Shown piece by piece: positions 29,801-40,114 of a stretch of 64,000 bases of DNA (within the stretch, counting starts at the first letter, position 1; every line of letters begins with the position of its first letter). Under the pieces are notes generated by a model that was given only the letters and a program-made list of their open reading frames with translations, had not been told where the DNA came from and searched no databases. The translations under genes were made by a program, and so were the position numbers. The stretch is from Nitrosopumilus sp. (lineage in GTDB: Archaea; Thermoproteota; Nitrososphaeria; Nitrososphaerales; Nitrosopumilaceae), in contig OZ245040.1 of assembly GCA_965224195.1 (NCBI GenBank), forward strand, positions 640,001-704,000, given 5' to 3'.

Positions 29801-32375
29801 CAGTGTACAGCCGCCATCACTTGATGCGCCAACCAACCTTTTAGTCAATGTCATAAACGACACAGCCGCTGAAATTACCTGGACTGCACCTGCAATACCT
29901 GCCAATCCATTCTATGACATTAGTGACGTATCCTATCTCGTGAATGTTACTGATACTGCTGCTGGCACCACCGTACCGTATACCATATCTGACGGCACCA
30001 CTACCACGCATACGGCAACAAACCTGATACCGGGCAAGTCCTATGAGGTAACAGTAAAGGCACTAGTCTTGCTGGGTTCAGGCGATGATTTGGAATCATC
30101 TACCACAGCTGTATCCTTTGATATGCCGACACCTCCGTCACTTGCTGCGCCAACTAACCTTTCAGTCAATGTCATAAACGGCACAGCCGCTGAAATCACC
30201 TGGACTGCACCTGCAATACCTGCCAATCCATTCTATGACATTAGTGACGTATCCTATCTCGTGAATGTCACTGATACTGCTGCTGGCACCACCGTACCGT
30301 ATACCATATCTGACGGCACCACTACCACACATACGGCAACAAACCTGATACCGGGCAAATCTTATGAGGTAACCATAGAGGCAAAAGCCTTGTTGTCAGA
30401 TTCAGCCGTTTTGTCCTCCCAACCTACCGCAGCTGTATCCTTTGCTGTGTCTGAACCACCATCACTTGATGCTCCAACCAACCTTTCAGTGGCTGTATCT
30501 GGCACCACAGCTACTATCACTTGGACTGCACCTACAGTGGATGCCAATGGCTTCTATGCCATTAATGATGTGAGTTATCAAGTGACTGTCGTTGATTCTG
30601 ACGGTTCTGGTGCTGCATCAAGTGGTTCTATAACTGGCACCTCATATACGGCAACAAACCTGACACCGGGTGAGTCATACGATGTATATGTAGTTGCATA
30701 TGCTGCCGTTGGATCAAGCTATACTGTGGAATCAGTTGAGGTATCTGCCTCCTTTGATATGCCTGCAGCAGCAGATGCCCAAGCAGCAGCAGATGCCCAA
30801 GCAGCAGCAGATGCCCAAGCCGCAGCAGATGCCCAAGCCGCAGCAGATGCCCAAGCCGCAGCAGATGCCCAAGCCGCAGCAGATGCCCAAGCCGCAGCAG
30901 ATGCCCAAGCCGCAGCAGATGCCCAAGCCGCAGCAGATGCCCAAGCCGCAGCAGATGCAGCAGCAGATGCCCAAGACATAGCAGATGCTATAGATCCTGC
31001 ACCAGTTGTTGTAACAGTAAATGCTGCAATGTATAACAGCACTGCAATCTTACTGACGTGGACCCAGCCGCCATCATTAGAGGTAACTGGCTATGATTTA
31101 TCATGGGTATCAGAGGATGCTAATGGTTTGCCACATACTTATGGTAGCATATCACTTGACGGTGTAATAGGTGGTACATTAGAATCCCACATATTTAATA
31201 ATGTTAATCCTGGAAAGACATACTACTTTACATTGAGTGTATTTTTCAATGTAGAAGGTTCTCCACAGAGGTTTCACTCTTATGATGTGACATATACAGT
31301 ACCAGATCCTAACGCAGATCCGCCAAAAGATCACAAAAAGAAGAGGAGTACTGGCAGCTCAAATGAGCACTACAAAAAGCCAACCTTTGGACTGTCCCAT
31401 CTGACAGAAAGTCTGATTGTAAATGATGGCATGTGCCTTAATGACAGCTGCGTTGACGTTGTATCATGGCACACAAAATATCCGGAGGATAAAATATTGA
31501 TAGACACCACAAACTATCTGCAGGCCAAAATGTACACTGATAAAACTTTGCGATATGTAGAGTTTTTCTTTGGAGTGCCAAGGCCTGGAGATGCATCTAA
31601 TGCAGAGGTATTCGTAAAGGTAAGCCTGTCTAGAAACTATACCAGTCCAAATAACTATGATGTAGTCAGAATTGATACAACAGATACAGAAGGTTTGCTG
31701 GATGGCACTGTAACTGCTGCAACCATACAGCCAAGCAAATGTCTTAGTGCAGATGTCGAACCAAACTGTCACACTGTAACATTACAGTTTGACTTCAATG
31801 AGGCGCCAATACACAGGGCATTTGCCATAGCGGCAGTTGACATGGACAGACGAGTCCATACAAATTACTTTAATGACGGCTTTGTGGTACTTGGCGAATC
31901 ACTAAATCCAGCAGACATGCACCATGTTGCAAACAGTGGCAAGTATCACTCTAATGAATATGCAAGTACGCACCAGCTGACACTGACCCAGACAGACAGG
32001 GCCAAGAACCTGTGGGCTGACCAGTGGGGATTTGCCTGGACACAAAATGACCATGGTACATGGCTCCAGCTGGAACGAGATGAGTTTGTACGGTACCAGG
32101 ATGACATTAGCAGCGTAATGACCAGAACAAACTCTAACTATGACAGTATGATATCTCATGAGAGGGACCGCGCATTGCAGCATGCAAAGGATATGTATGG
32201 CAGCATATATGACAAACCATCTTCTGATCTGGCAGAGCCTGTAACCATATGGATTGTGCCTTCACCGTCAAGCAAGCTGCAAAACCCGGAGATACTTGAT
32301 GCAATGAAACTGGAGGAAGCAAAGGCAATGAGCTATTTGCAGCATATGGTACGCGCAGATATAAAGCACGATTGA
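26895..32375 (+). CDS. Giant secreted surface protein: beta-propeller repeats (GVAFNPAGTKMFVVG x5), multiple FN3 domains, AAADAQ repeats, thaumarchaeal C-terminal region
   Basis: Signal peptide, five ~50-aa repeats, repeated APTNL...ITWTAP...L.PG..Y.V.V FN3 motifs and near-identical internal DNA duplications. Confidence 0.9.
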   Translation: MAPKSVFLLFLLFSVLALSGMSLVSAQAPSPGSPVAVTPDSTPPTFESAALDEGTGVLAITFNEIIANEGFDLSTAVYTDNSFSVSNKDNSPTGMAFNTNGTKMFVVGYNTGKIYEYELTTPFDVSSSDYKRDFSVFSEENTPEGVAFNPAGTKMFVVGAGSDKVNEYTLTTPFNLSTASYTRNFSVSSEDTYPEGVAFNPAGTKMFVVGSNYGNVYEYTLTTPFNVSTAAYTDNSFSVSNRDTSPSGVAFNPAGTKMFVVGYDGHNVNEYTLTAPFDISNVSHTGTLLVRSQDGTPADVAFNPAGTKMFVVGYSGGNIHEYALSTPVDLSKLFISELASVNGTGTVLTGASIETVGNSASIEIKMTESQRQSVIALATPELDIMAAAVSDVSGNQIVAALDNIIAVTNSVAAVSPPPLAAPTGLSVAVQGTTATITWTAPAISANSFYDINSVSYIVNVTDTAAGTTVPYTVPAGTTTTHTATNLIPGKSYEVTVEAKALLSDSTVLSSQPTAAVSFAVSEPPSLDAPTNLSVAVSGTTATITWTAPTVDTNDFYTINNVSYQVTVLDSDGSGAASSGSITGTSYTATNLTPGESYNVYVVAYAVVGSSYTVESVEVSASFNMPAAAVVVVDSGAGTPPSPDQIKVQNLEIEKTGNKRVTLTWKAPANSGDKELDYYSISYNCPATHGTKYTEIHTGFTSVSIDNLDISGICRFQVTPIYPSGGGVNSLIFPGVDGGVTDKGLSAPLKDIPFTETPKDIRLTAAMSGSDAIKVSWLPISSDIVFYELSLGDGDDSRGFQPLKDFKYEDDRPTSQIIKNVDPGRTYTIYLVLYNYEGSVHSTTFIKYTVPVDSIPPKLESAALDEETGVLTITFDEIIANEGLSTAPFDLSKLFISESGSVNGTGTALSGASIETVGNSTSIEIKLTESQRLAVIALTVPELDILEAAVFDVSGNQIAAALDNAIAVTNSVQPPSLDAPTNLLVNVINDTAAEITWTAPAIPANPFYDISDVSYLVNVTDTAAGTTVPYTISDGTTTTHTATNLIPGKSYEVTVKALVLLGSGDDLESSTTAVSFDMPTPPSLAAPTNLSVNVINGTAAEITWTAPAIPANPFYDISDVSYLVNVTDTAAGTTVPYTISDGTTTTHTATNLIPGKSYEVTIEAKALLSDSAVLSSQPTAAVSFAVSEPPSLDAPTNLSVAVSGTTATITWTAPTVDANGFYAINDVSYQVTVVDSDGSGAASSGSITGTSYTATNLTPGESYDVYVVAYAAVGSSYTVESVEVSASFDMPAAADAQAAADAQAAADAQAAADAQAAADAQAAADAQAAADAQAAADAQAAADAQAAADAQAAADAAADAQDIADAIDPAPVVVTVNAAMYNSTAILLTWTQPPSLEVTGYDLSWVSEDANGLPHTYGSISLDGVIGGTLESHIFNNVNPGKTYYFTLSVFFNVEGSPQRFHSYDVTYTVPDPNADPPKDHKKKRSTGSSNEHYKKPTFGLSHLTESLIVNDGMCLNDSCVDVVSWHTKYPEDKILIDTTNYLQAKMYTDKTLRYVEFFFGVPRPGDASNAEVFVKVSLSRNYTSPNNYDVVRIDTTDTEGLLDGTVTAATIQPSKCLSADVEPNCHTVTLQFDFNEAPIHRAFAIAAVDMDRRVHTNYFNDGFVVLGESLNPADMHHVANSGKYHSNEYASTHQLTLTQTDRAKNLWADQWGFAWTQNDHGTWLQLERDEFVRYQDDISSVMTRTNSNYDSMISHERDRALQHAKDMYGSIYDKPSSDLAEPVTIWIVPSPSSKLQNPEILDAMKLEEAKAMSYLQHMVRADIKHD
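30765..30974 (+). repeat. 18-bp tandem repeat encoding (AAADAQ)n, ~11 units
   Basis: GC(A/C)GCAGCAGATGCCCAA array, in frame. Confidence 0.95.
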
Positions 32376-32453
32376 CCCCACCCTTTTTTCCTTTTTTATA
32401 ATCTACTACGATCACACGATCATTCAAATAGTAATAATTATCCAAATCTTATA

Positions 32454-35056
32454 TTGAATAATATCATATTATGTATACTGGCCATATCTGCCTGTATTTT
32501 ACTGCCAGCCTCTTTCCAGGAGACATTTGCTGTAACAACTGTCTACTCTACTGACCTACATCAACCAACTGCAATTACAGTAGATGATGACTATTTTTAT
32601 CTCGTAGACTCGTATAACAACAAAATAAAGATATTCACAAAGGAAGGCTTTTCTTTTGTATCCTCTTTTCTTTTGTATCCTCTTTTTACATAGATCCAGA
32701 TGAAGAAAAACCATATTTTGGTGCAAGAGGCATTGCAGTAGATAATGATTACATCTATGTATCAAATACACATACAGAACATCTAATCATTTATGACAAG
32801 ACAAGCCACAAACCTATCAAAGTATTAAACAACCCAAAAGAACATCACGTATTTGGAAATATTGCCCAGATAGCACTTGACTCTACTCATATCTACGTAG
32901 CTGACATATTTGAATCACGCATTGCAAAGTTTACAAAGACAGGGGATTTTGTATCTGATTTTAGTACAATAACTGATAGTATCTCTGAGTACTCTCAACT
33001 CAGTTCTATGGTAATGGATTCACAATATCTTTACACTTATGATATTGTGAATTGTAAAATATACACACTAGACAAAATAACTGGTAATGTCACAAATATC
33101 TTCCCCTCAGACCCATGCGATATTTCATCACTTTATCTTGAAGGCGATCTTCTTTATGCTATTAATAGCAATCCCAATATGATAAACGCATATGATAAGA
33201 ATACTGGTACATTGGTATACACAACTAAGGGTATTAATCTGAATATTAGTGGCACATCAGGTGATTATGAATTCTTTGGCGGAATTGTAATTGTAGATGA
33301 TACCATCTACTACACAAACACATACGAAAACATAATATCCTCTATCACCAAAGACGACATGCATCTTAATGACGATGCTGACTTGTTTGATCTGTGTACT
33401 GGTTTGACACAAAAGTTCTACTGCATACAAGATACAAGCATGCCAATAATGATACCACTAAACTCTACCATACCACACAATGACAGATATTCAATATCCT
33501 TTGATTTTATGCCATCTACTGATACCTTTGATGGTGTCTTTGCATACCTGCCAATATCCATATTATCTGGCGAGGTAACAATAATTGATCCTGCAAACCG
33601 TACCAATATCCTAGACTCTTTTTTTGCGCCAATTAATAGCACTGGCAAGCTAACTGATTATCTACATTTTACACTAGAATACCTGTTACCTACAAACTCA
33701 ACGCATGACCACACTGCTGCCATGACAGTACCTGCACGTGATGGTGTGGTATTATACAGCATACAAAGCCTAGCTGATGATGACTCTTTATCTATGGCAT
33801 TTGCCATTGCAGGAAACTATACAATCTCTGCACTATCAACTGTAACTGATCCCTATTTTGAGATATACTCTACTGAACACAAAAAATGCATCACAGCATT
33901 AGACGGCTCACAAGATGTAACATTACAAACATGTGATGGAGTAGATGGGCAGTGGTGGCATAACAATGACGGCACCATAAGATCAAAGATAAATGACAAA
34001 TGTCTTGACATCTCAGAGAATAACAAAAATAATGGCGCTGCTGTAATTGCATATAGCTGTAATGGAGGCATTAACCAACAGTGGTATAATGATCCAATAA
34101 CTAACCACTTTTACTCCAAGCTAAATTACAAATGCCTGGACATATCTGGGGACACTAGTATAGTAATGAATAGATGCACCAATAGCAACTCACAAAGATG
34201 GTCCGATGATGTAATGATATCTGATCTAATGAATGCAGATGATGATACAATATCCATCCCATTTCACTTTGGCTCAGATCCATCTCCTGTCATGCTAAAA
34301 AACACATTTGCAGGATTTTATGAGGATAACCCAAACGGTAACTCACATAGTGACTCACACCGAACTCCTCGCAGCTGGAGTACATACTCACTTGGATGTG
34401 GCATGCATGCAAGCTTTTACGCCTTTAACTTTAAGCATCCTGATCCATACGATATGAAACACATGTGGCACACAACCTTCAAGGGACCATATGGCGTAGG
34501 TCCAATGGATGTGGAAAAAAAGCCGATAGATGGCGGTACTGCAATTGCAGTTGGCAAGGGCACAAACAATGTCTTTTGCTGTGAGGATAAATGGATACAG
34601 TCATCTAATGGAAACTATTGCAGTGCCAAAGTACCAAATTTGTTTCATGCCAGCAAATACTACTCCCCTGATACCTCTGAGATAAAAAATGGCCTTATTG
34701 TGGATAGACATCTAACCCAAGGCGGCATAAGATCAATGGGAGTTGCAGTCGCATCAGCTGACACATCAAGTACAATGCCTGTATCCACATCTGGTAAAGC
34801 AGCAATACCTGATGAGAAAATAACTGTCATAAGCAATAACAAGATATCTGCAACAATACCACAAAAACTAACATCCCCTGATTTGATAAAGTTTGACACC
34901 AAATACCCCTATGATATAACAATGACATGTGTTGAGGCAACTACTAATGGAGTTGACACATTACAGTGTAATGTAACTGAGACTGCAAAACTGCGAAAGC
35001 AGGTATGTGTACCATCTTTTGGTCTGATGTACTTTGTCGAACAAATAACAATCTGA
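32454..35056 (+). pseudogene. Secreted NHL-repeat + ricin-B lectin protein, frameshifted by a 17-bp duplication and 3'-truncated by an IS
   Basis: Signal peptide, NHL-like blades (PTAITVD..Y.VDS.N.KI..F) and ricin QxW/KCLDI repeats. TTTTCTTTTGTATCCTC is duplicated at 32649-32682, and the last codons lie in the IS TIR. Confidence 0.85.
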
Positions 35057-36026
35057 TCAACTTTATTTCATAACAATAGCTTTGGATCTCACATTCTGAC
35101 CATTCTCATGGTTAACTAGAATCAATACAATGAGAAACTAGTCAGAAGAGGCGAGATCATAATGTCATTTGATGCTATTGATAACTGGCATAAAGAATTA
35201 GAGGTCATGAATCACAACAAAAGAGGTAGAAAGTTTGACTATCCTGATTCATTCATGAAATTATTGGGTTATGCTAGAATCTATTTTGGATTACCATTCA
35301 GACAAACAGAAGGAATGATACGTGCATATTGTAATAGAATTCCAGCAGTTCCTGATTTCACATCAATCCACAAGAGAATAAACAAGCTTGACATCAAAAC
35401 TGATGATTCCATTGGAGATAATAATGAAATCATTTTAGCAATTGACAGCACAGGAATCAAGGTTGCAAACAGGGGCGAATGGATGAGACAGAAATGGCAC
35501 ATGAGGAGAGGGTTTCTAAAAATCCATGTTGGTGCCGATGCCAGAACCAAGAAAATAGTTTCACTCAAAATAACAGATGATTCATCCCATGATGCTGCAC
35601 ATCTGCCAGAACTGGTACAGCAGGCATCACAGAAAGGAAAGGAAATGTAATCAAGGTTCTAGCTGATGGCGCATATGATTCAGAAAATAATTTCTCATAT
35701 CTATATCACAATACAAATGCACTGCCTGCAATCAAAGTTAGAAAGACATCATCTCTCAAAACAAAATGTTATCCGAGAAAGAAATCAGTTTTGGCTCAAA
35801 CGTATAATTTGGATTTGTGGAAGCGCAGCGTTAGCTATGGGGACAGGTGGATTGCAGAGTGTGTGTTTTCAACATTCAAAAGGATGTTTGGTGAGTATGT
35901 CATGGCTCACAAAAGAAAATACATGGCAAAGGAATTAAAATTAAAAGTCGAGCTGTACAATCTGTTTGCAGGTGCTTGAGGAAATGAAATCAAAAACTAG
36001 TTGGAAATGATTTGTTCGACAGAGTA
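35030..36026 (+). mobile_element. IS5-family element (DDE_Tnp_1-like), transposase frameshifted near 35640
   Basis: TIR TACTTTGTCGAACAAAT and inverse ATTTGTTCGACAGAGTA. Motifs AIDSTGIKV..RGEW, KIHVG.D, LADGAYD and RW.AE.VFS.FKR.FGE. Confidence 0.9.
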
Positions 36027-36996
36027 TGTGTAAATATAGTGCCGCTAGCTTGTGAGCATTGTACGGTCACAGACTCGTCAATATTATCTGTTGCAGATAC
36101 TGAATAATTTACCGTTGCACCAGAATTTGTGTTGTTTTTGATCGTGATATCCTTTGGCATAACAATCACTGGAGGTGTCCTATCAGTAAGTGTGGTCTTT
36201 GGCACATTGACAACATCAGAGTAAAAATATTTTGTACTCGTGCTGCCCCTGTCATTGGCATAGTACATCTTTATCTTTAGCTTGTAGCTCTTACCTTCCT
36301 GTACATTTGATATGGTATAGGATGTGTCAGTAGATGATAGTTTACTCTTGTATGATGCATAGCCGCCATTTTCTGATACGTACATTTTGTAATACTTTAC
36401 AGTAAAGTCAGTTGGAGTATCCCAGGATACCCTTATGGAATCACCAGACTTTATCGTTTTAATATTTTGTAGTTCGTATGTTGGTACTGGTGTTGGTACT
36501 GGTGTTGGTACAGTTCCGCTACTAGTTGGCAGATCATATCCTGCGTTTTTGATCATAGTTGCATACGTGCCACATCGCTTGTACGTTTTGCCCTCAGTAC
36601 ATCTGTCTTGGTACAGCTTGTAATAGTAGCATGTATTGCTTTTTGGGCTGTCATCACAAGGTGTTGTGGTTTGTGTAGGAGGTGCAACTACAGGTGTGGT
36701 AGGTGTAGTAGTTGTAGTAGCAGGTATTGGCACATGAAGTTGTATCATAGTTCTTTTGTATATCTCACATACCTTTTGGTATCCAGCCTTTACTGGCATA
36801 CAGGAGGTTTTGTACCTGTCCTGCCATTGTTTTATCCTGTTTTCTGATGAATGTGACTCTGGCTGAAACTCTACATATTTTATCTCAACTGGCTCATCTA
36901 TGCCCAAAAAGAACTGCAGATATTCTGGCTCTATTGGAACATCAAAGTATGCAGCCATCGTGTCAAGACCCACAACTAGTGTATCATCATCTTTGA
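36027..36996 (-). pseudogene. Fragment of a Pro/Thr-FN3-HYR surface protein, paralog of 661..2157, truncated at both ends
   Basis: 36027-36521 is near-identical (reverse complement) to 660-~1300. It is cut by the IS at the 3' end and abuts the GATase stop codon at the 5' end. Confidence 0.85.
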
Positions 36997-37680
36997 TCAA
37001 AGGTCAAATGAAAATTTGAAATTATTGTAAAAATTATTCATATTTGATTTTACAATTGAAATATTTTCAATAATGTCTGAGCGAATTTTTTTTGGATCGA
37101 TATATGGTGTTTTTTGTAATTGTGCTTCAGTATTATCAAGCCATAAATTTACCATCTCCTCATTGACCTCCAAATGAAACTGTAAACCAACTGCACTCTT
37201 GTATTGAAATGCCTGATTAGAATAATGTTCAGATGAAGCTAATGAGATAGAACCTTCAGGTAAATCAAAGGTATCCCCATGCCAATGAAAAACAGTGAAA
37301 GGGTTTTTGAAACCAGAAAAAAATGAAGAGTCATTACTAATTTTCAAATCATGATAAAATCCAATTTCTTTTTTTGGTCCACTATACACATTAGCACCAA
37401 ATGTTTTAGCAATTAATTGAGAACCCAAACAAATTCCAAGTACAGGAATATTTTTTTCCACAGAATTTTTGATCAAATGTTGTTCAGCTTTTAGATAGTC
37501 TAAATCATCATTTGCACTTTCAGGTGCACCTAAAATTACAACTAGAGAAAAATCTTTGTCGGGTAACTTTTCATGTTTTGCATTTACGGATGTGATTTCA
37601 AATCCATCCTTTTGTAAAAGTTCACCCAAATATCCTGAACCTTCTATTCGTGTGTTTTGGACAAGTAATACATCAGGCAT
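36997..37680 (-). CDS. Class I glutamine amidotransferase (GMP-synthase-like)
   Basis: Motifs PVLGICLGSQL, HWHGDTF and GLQFHLE. Confidence 0.92.
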   Translation of the reverse strand: MPDVLLVQNTRIEGSGYLGELLQKDGFEITSVNAKHEKLPDKDFSLVVILGAPESANDDLDYLKAEQHLIKNSVEKNIPVLGICLGSQLIAKTFGANVYSGPKKEIGFYHDLKISNDSSFFSGFKNPFTVFHWHGDTFDLPEGSISLASSEHYSNQAFQYKSAVGLQFHLEVNEEMVNLWLDNTEAQLQKTPYIDPKKIRSDIIENISIVKSNMNNFYNNFKFSFDL

Positions 37681-37684
37681 GTTT

Positions 37685-37825
37685 CTAAACGTCTAGCCCT
37701 GTAACTACCCACTCAAGACTTCTGAGTACCCCTTGATAGTATTTCATGGCATCCATGGATTCAGTTTTTACTAGTCTTTCTTCAATTACTTTTCTATATT
37801 CAGCAATTTCTAATTCAGTTTTCAT
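37685..37825 (-). CDS. Small hypothetical protein
   Basis: MKTELEIAEY...SLEWVVTGLDV, directly upstream of the GATase gene. Confidence 0.6.
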   Translation of the reverse strand: MKTELEIAEYRKVIEERLVKTESMDAMKYYQGVLRSLEWVVTGLDV

Positions 37826-37893
37826 CTTACTCAACAAATTATTTGGAAGTAAAAATATGCTCTGTTTTAATATGTTAAAATTAATCACAAAGT

Positions 37894-38271
37894 ATGCTAG
37901 TATCAGAACAAGAAATTCTAGAATTGAAAGAATTTATTTTTCAATTAAATACCATAGAGAATGGTGTTGTGATAGTTGAAGGAAAACGAGATTCTAATGC
38001 ATTAAGGAAAATCGGTTATACTGGGAAAGTTTTAGAATTCCATAGATTTTCGAGCATGATAAATTTCGCAGATTCTGTAGCAAAATTTGAAAAATTGATA
38101 ATTCTTTTTGATAGAGACAAAAAAGGTAAGACATTAACTGGAAAAACTATTCAGTTATTACAAAGAAGGACAAAGGTAGATCTCACTTTCAAAAAAAAAT
38201 TACGCATCATTACAAAAGGGAAAATAATGTTTATTGAACAACTAGTAAGTTACGAATCTTATTTAGCCTAA
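37894..38271 (+). CDS. Small TOPRIM-domain protein
   Basis: Motifs VIVEGKRD..AL and ILFDRDKKG. Confidence 0.88.
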   Translation: MLVSEQEILELKEFIFQLNTIENGVVIVEGKRDSNALRKIGYTGKVLEFHRFSSMINFADSVAKFEKLIILFDRDKKGKTLTGKTIQLLQRRTKVDLTFKKKLRIITKGKIMFIEQLVSYESYLA

Positions 38272-38273
38272 GA

Positions 38274-39548
38274 TTATGGCCAAATACCTTTTTGATTAAA
38301 TGCCTCTAGTACTCTTTCAACAGCTAAAACCATAGTTGCTTTTCTCATATCGATTTTGTGCTTTTTACTTAGTGCATAAGCATCTTTGAAACCTTTAGTG
38401 ATATTTGCCTCCATTTTCTTTGCAACCTCATCAAAGGTCCAATAGTATCCCATATTGTTTTGAACCCATTCCAAATATGATATACATACACCACCAGAAT
38501 TGGCTAGAATATCAGGAATTACTAGAATTTTCTTTTGGAAGATAATAGGATCTGCTTCAGGTAATGTTGGACCGTTTGCAGCTTCTGCAAGGATTTTACA
38601 TTTGAGATTCTTTGCTATCTTTGCATTGATTTGATTCTCCAGTGCTGCCGGAACTAGAACATCACATTTAGTGGTAAGTAATTCTTCTGTTGAGATTTTT
38701 TTACTGCCTGGGAATCCAACAACTGAACCTTTCTTTGCTTTGTGTGCCAAAATTGCACTAACTTTTGCACCTTTAGGAATTGAAATTGAACCTTTAGAAT
38801 CACTAGCGCCAATAATTTTTGCACCCATCTTTTCAAGATATTCTCCTGCAAATGTTGATGCATTTCCAAATCCTTGTAAAACTACTTTTGCACCTTTCAA
38901 ACTTAGTTTCAATGTCTTTGCAGCTTCTCTAACGGTATATGCTGCACCTAATCCAGTTGCAACATTTCTTGCAAGTGAGCCACCCATAGAAATTGGTTTT
39001 CCAGTAATTACACCTGGAGAATATTTGTTGCCGTTTAGTTTGCTAAATGTATCCATAATTTGTGTCATTTCTCTACCTGTAGTGTAAACATCAGGAGCTG
39101 GAATGTCTTTTTCAGGGCCAATGATTTCAGAAATCTTGTATGCAAATTGTCTAGTTAGTCTCTCCATTTCCCCATCACTGAGTTTCTCAGTTTTTGGATT
39201 AACATAGATTGCACCTTTTCCTCCACCAAGAGGAATATCTACAATTGCACATTTCCATGTCATCCATGAAGAAAGTGCCATAACCTCACGTTCCATGTAT
39301 TCAACTCCACCTTCTGGATTAAAATAACGAATACCACCTTTGTATGGGCCTCTATCGTTGTTATGTTGACTTCTAAAACCTGTGAAAATTCTAATTTTAC
39401 CATTATCCATTTTAACTGGGATTTTTACTCTCAAAACTTTATTTGGCATTGCCAAATATTCACGTAATTCTTTGTCTTTGATTCCCAAAATATCACATGC
39501 ATCATTAACTTGTTTAGTTGCATTTGCAAAAGGATCGTGTTTGACCAA
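38274..39548 (-). CDS. gdhA: Glutamate dehydrogenase (Glu/Leu/Phe/Val family)
   Basis: Motifs GPYKGGIRY, PLGGGKG, DIPAPDV, QGFGN, EAANGP and PDILANSGGV. Confidence 0.95.
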   Translation of the reverse strand: MVKHDPFANATKQVNDACDILGIKDKELREYLAMPNKVLRVKIPVKMDNGKIRIFTGFRSQHNNDRGPYKGGIRYFNPEGGVEYMEREVMALSSWMTWKCAIVDIPLGGGKGAIYVNPKTEKLSDGEMERLTRQFAYKISEIIGPEKDIPAPDVYTTGREMTQIMDTFSKLNGNKYSPGVITGKPISMGGSLARNVATGLGAAYTVREAAKTLKLSLKGAKVVLQGFGNASTFAGEYLEKMGAKIIGASDSKGSISIPKGAKVSAILAHKAKKGSVVGFPGSKKISTEELLTTKCDVLVPAALENQINAKIAKNLKCKILAEAANGPTLPEADPIIFQKKILVIPDILANSGGVCISYLEWVQNNMGYYWTFDEVAKKMEANITKGFKDAYALSKKHKIDMRKATMVLAVERVLEAFNQKGIWP

Positions 39549-39620
39549 GATAATTTTGAAAACGGTGCATATTATATTAAGTTTAGTTCAAAATTCTAGA
39601 TCGCTAATTTAGAAATGTAA

Positions 39621-40019
39621 TCACATGTAGATTTTGGTTTGATTCATCTTTCTATCTAGTTTGTCAATTGCCTCATCAAGTGCACCGATATTAATTTCAA
39701 GAAAATTTGACAAATGAAAGATAACATCATATTTTTCTCCAATCTTTGAAACCATGTTATTTTTTTCCAAAACTTTCATGTGATGTTGAACTGCTTTGTA
39801 GTCAAGATCAAGTTCTTTTGCCAATTGGTGTGTATTGTATGGTTGTTCTAAGAGATGAATTATTATTCGCAGTCTAGTAAAATCACCCCTTGTGCTTGTA
39901 AACAAGTATAGCAGAAGTTTTCTAGTCTGCTTATCGGTTTTTCTTTGATCTGAAGCTTGTTTTGATCTAATAATTTCTTTGAACTCTAATAGTTGATTGA
40001 CCATGTTTCTTGAGTTCAA
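39621..40019 (-). CDS. ArsR-like winged-helix regulator
   Basis: TRLRII..L...PYNTHQLAKELDLDYKAVQHH. Confidence 0.85.
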   Translation of the reverse strand: MNSRNMVNQLLEFKEIIRSKQASDQRKTDKQTRKLLLYLFTSTRGDFTRLRIIIHLLEQPYNTHQLAKELDLDYKAVQHHMKVLEKNNMVSKIGEKYDVIFHLSNFLEINIGALDEAIDKLDRKMNQTKIYM

Positions 40020-40114
40020 TTAAGAAATTTTACTTAAAACCCTATTTCCATATCTCACCCATATTCAGGCATGACAATTACCCTTAAATTGACTGAGAAT
40101 GAACTCGTGATGAT

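Noticed and set aside
30694-31042. ORFs (QQMPKP)n, (ASAAAW)n and (GICCGL)n
   Set aside because: Alternative frames of the 18-bp repeat inside the giant gene.
35027-36029. ATGT on both sides of the IS5 element as a target-site duplication
   Set aside because: The flanks belong to two different truncated genes, and the second IS copy shows that the terminal bases belong to the TIR. An IS-mediated rearrangement fits better.
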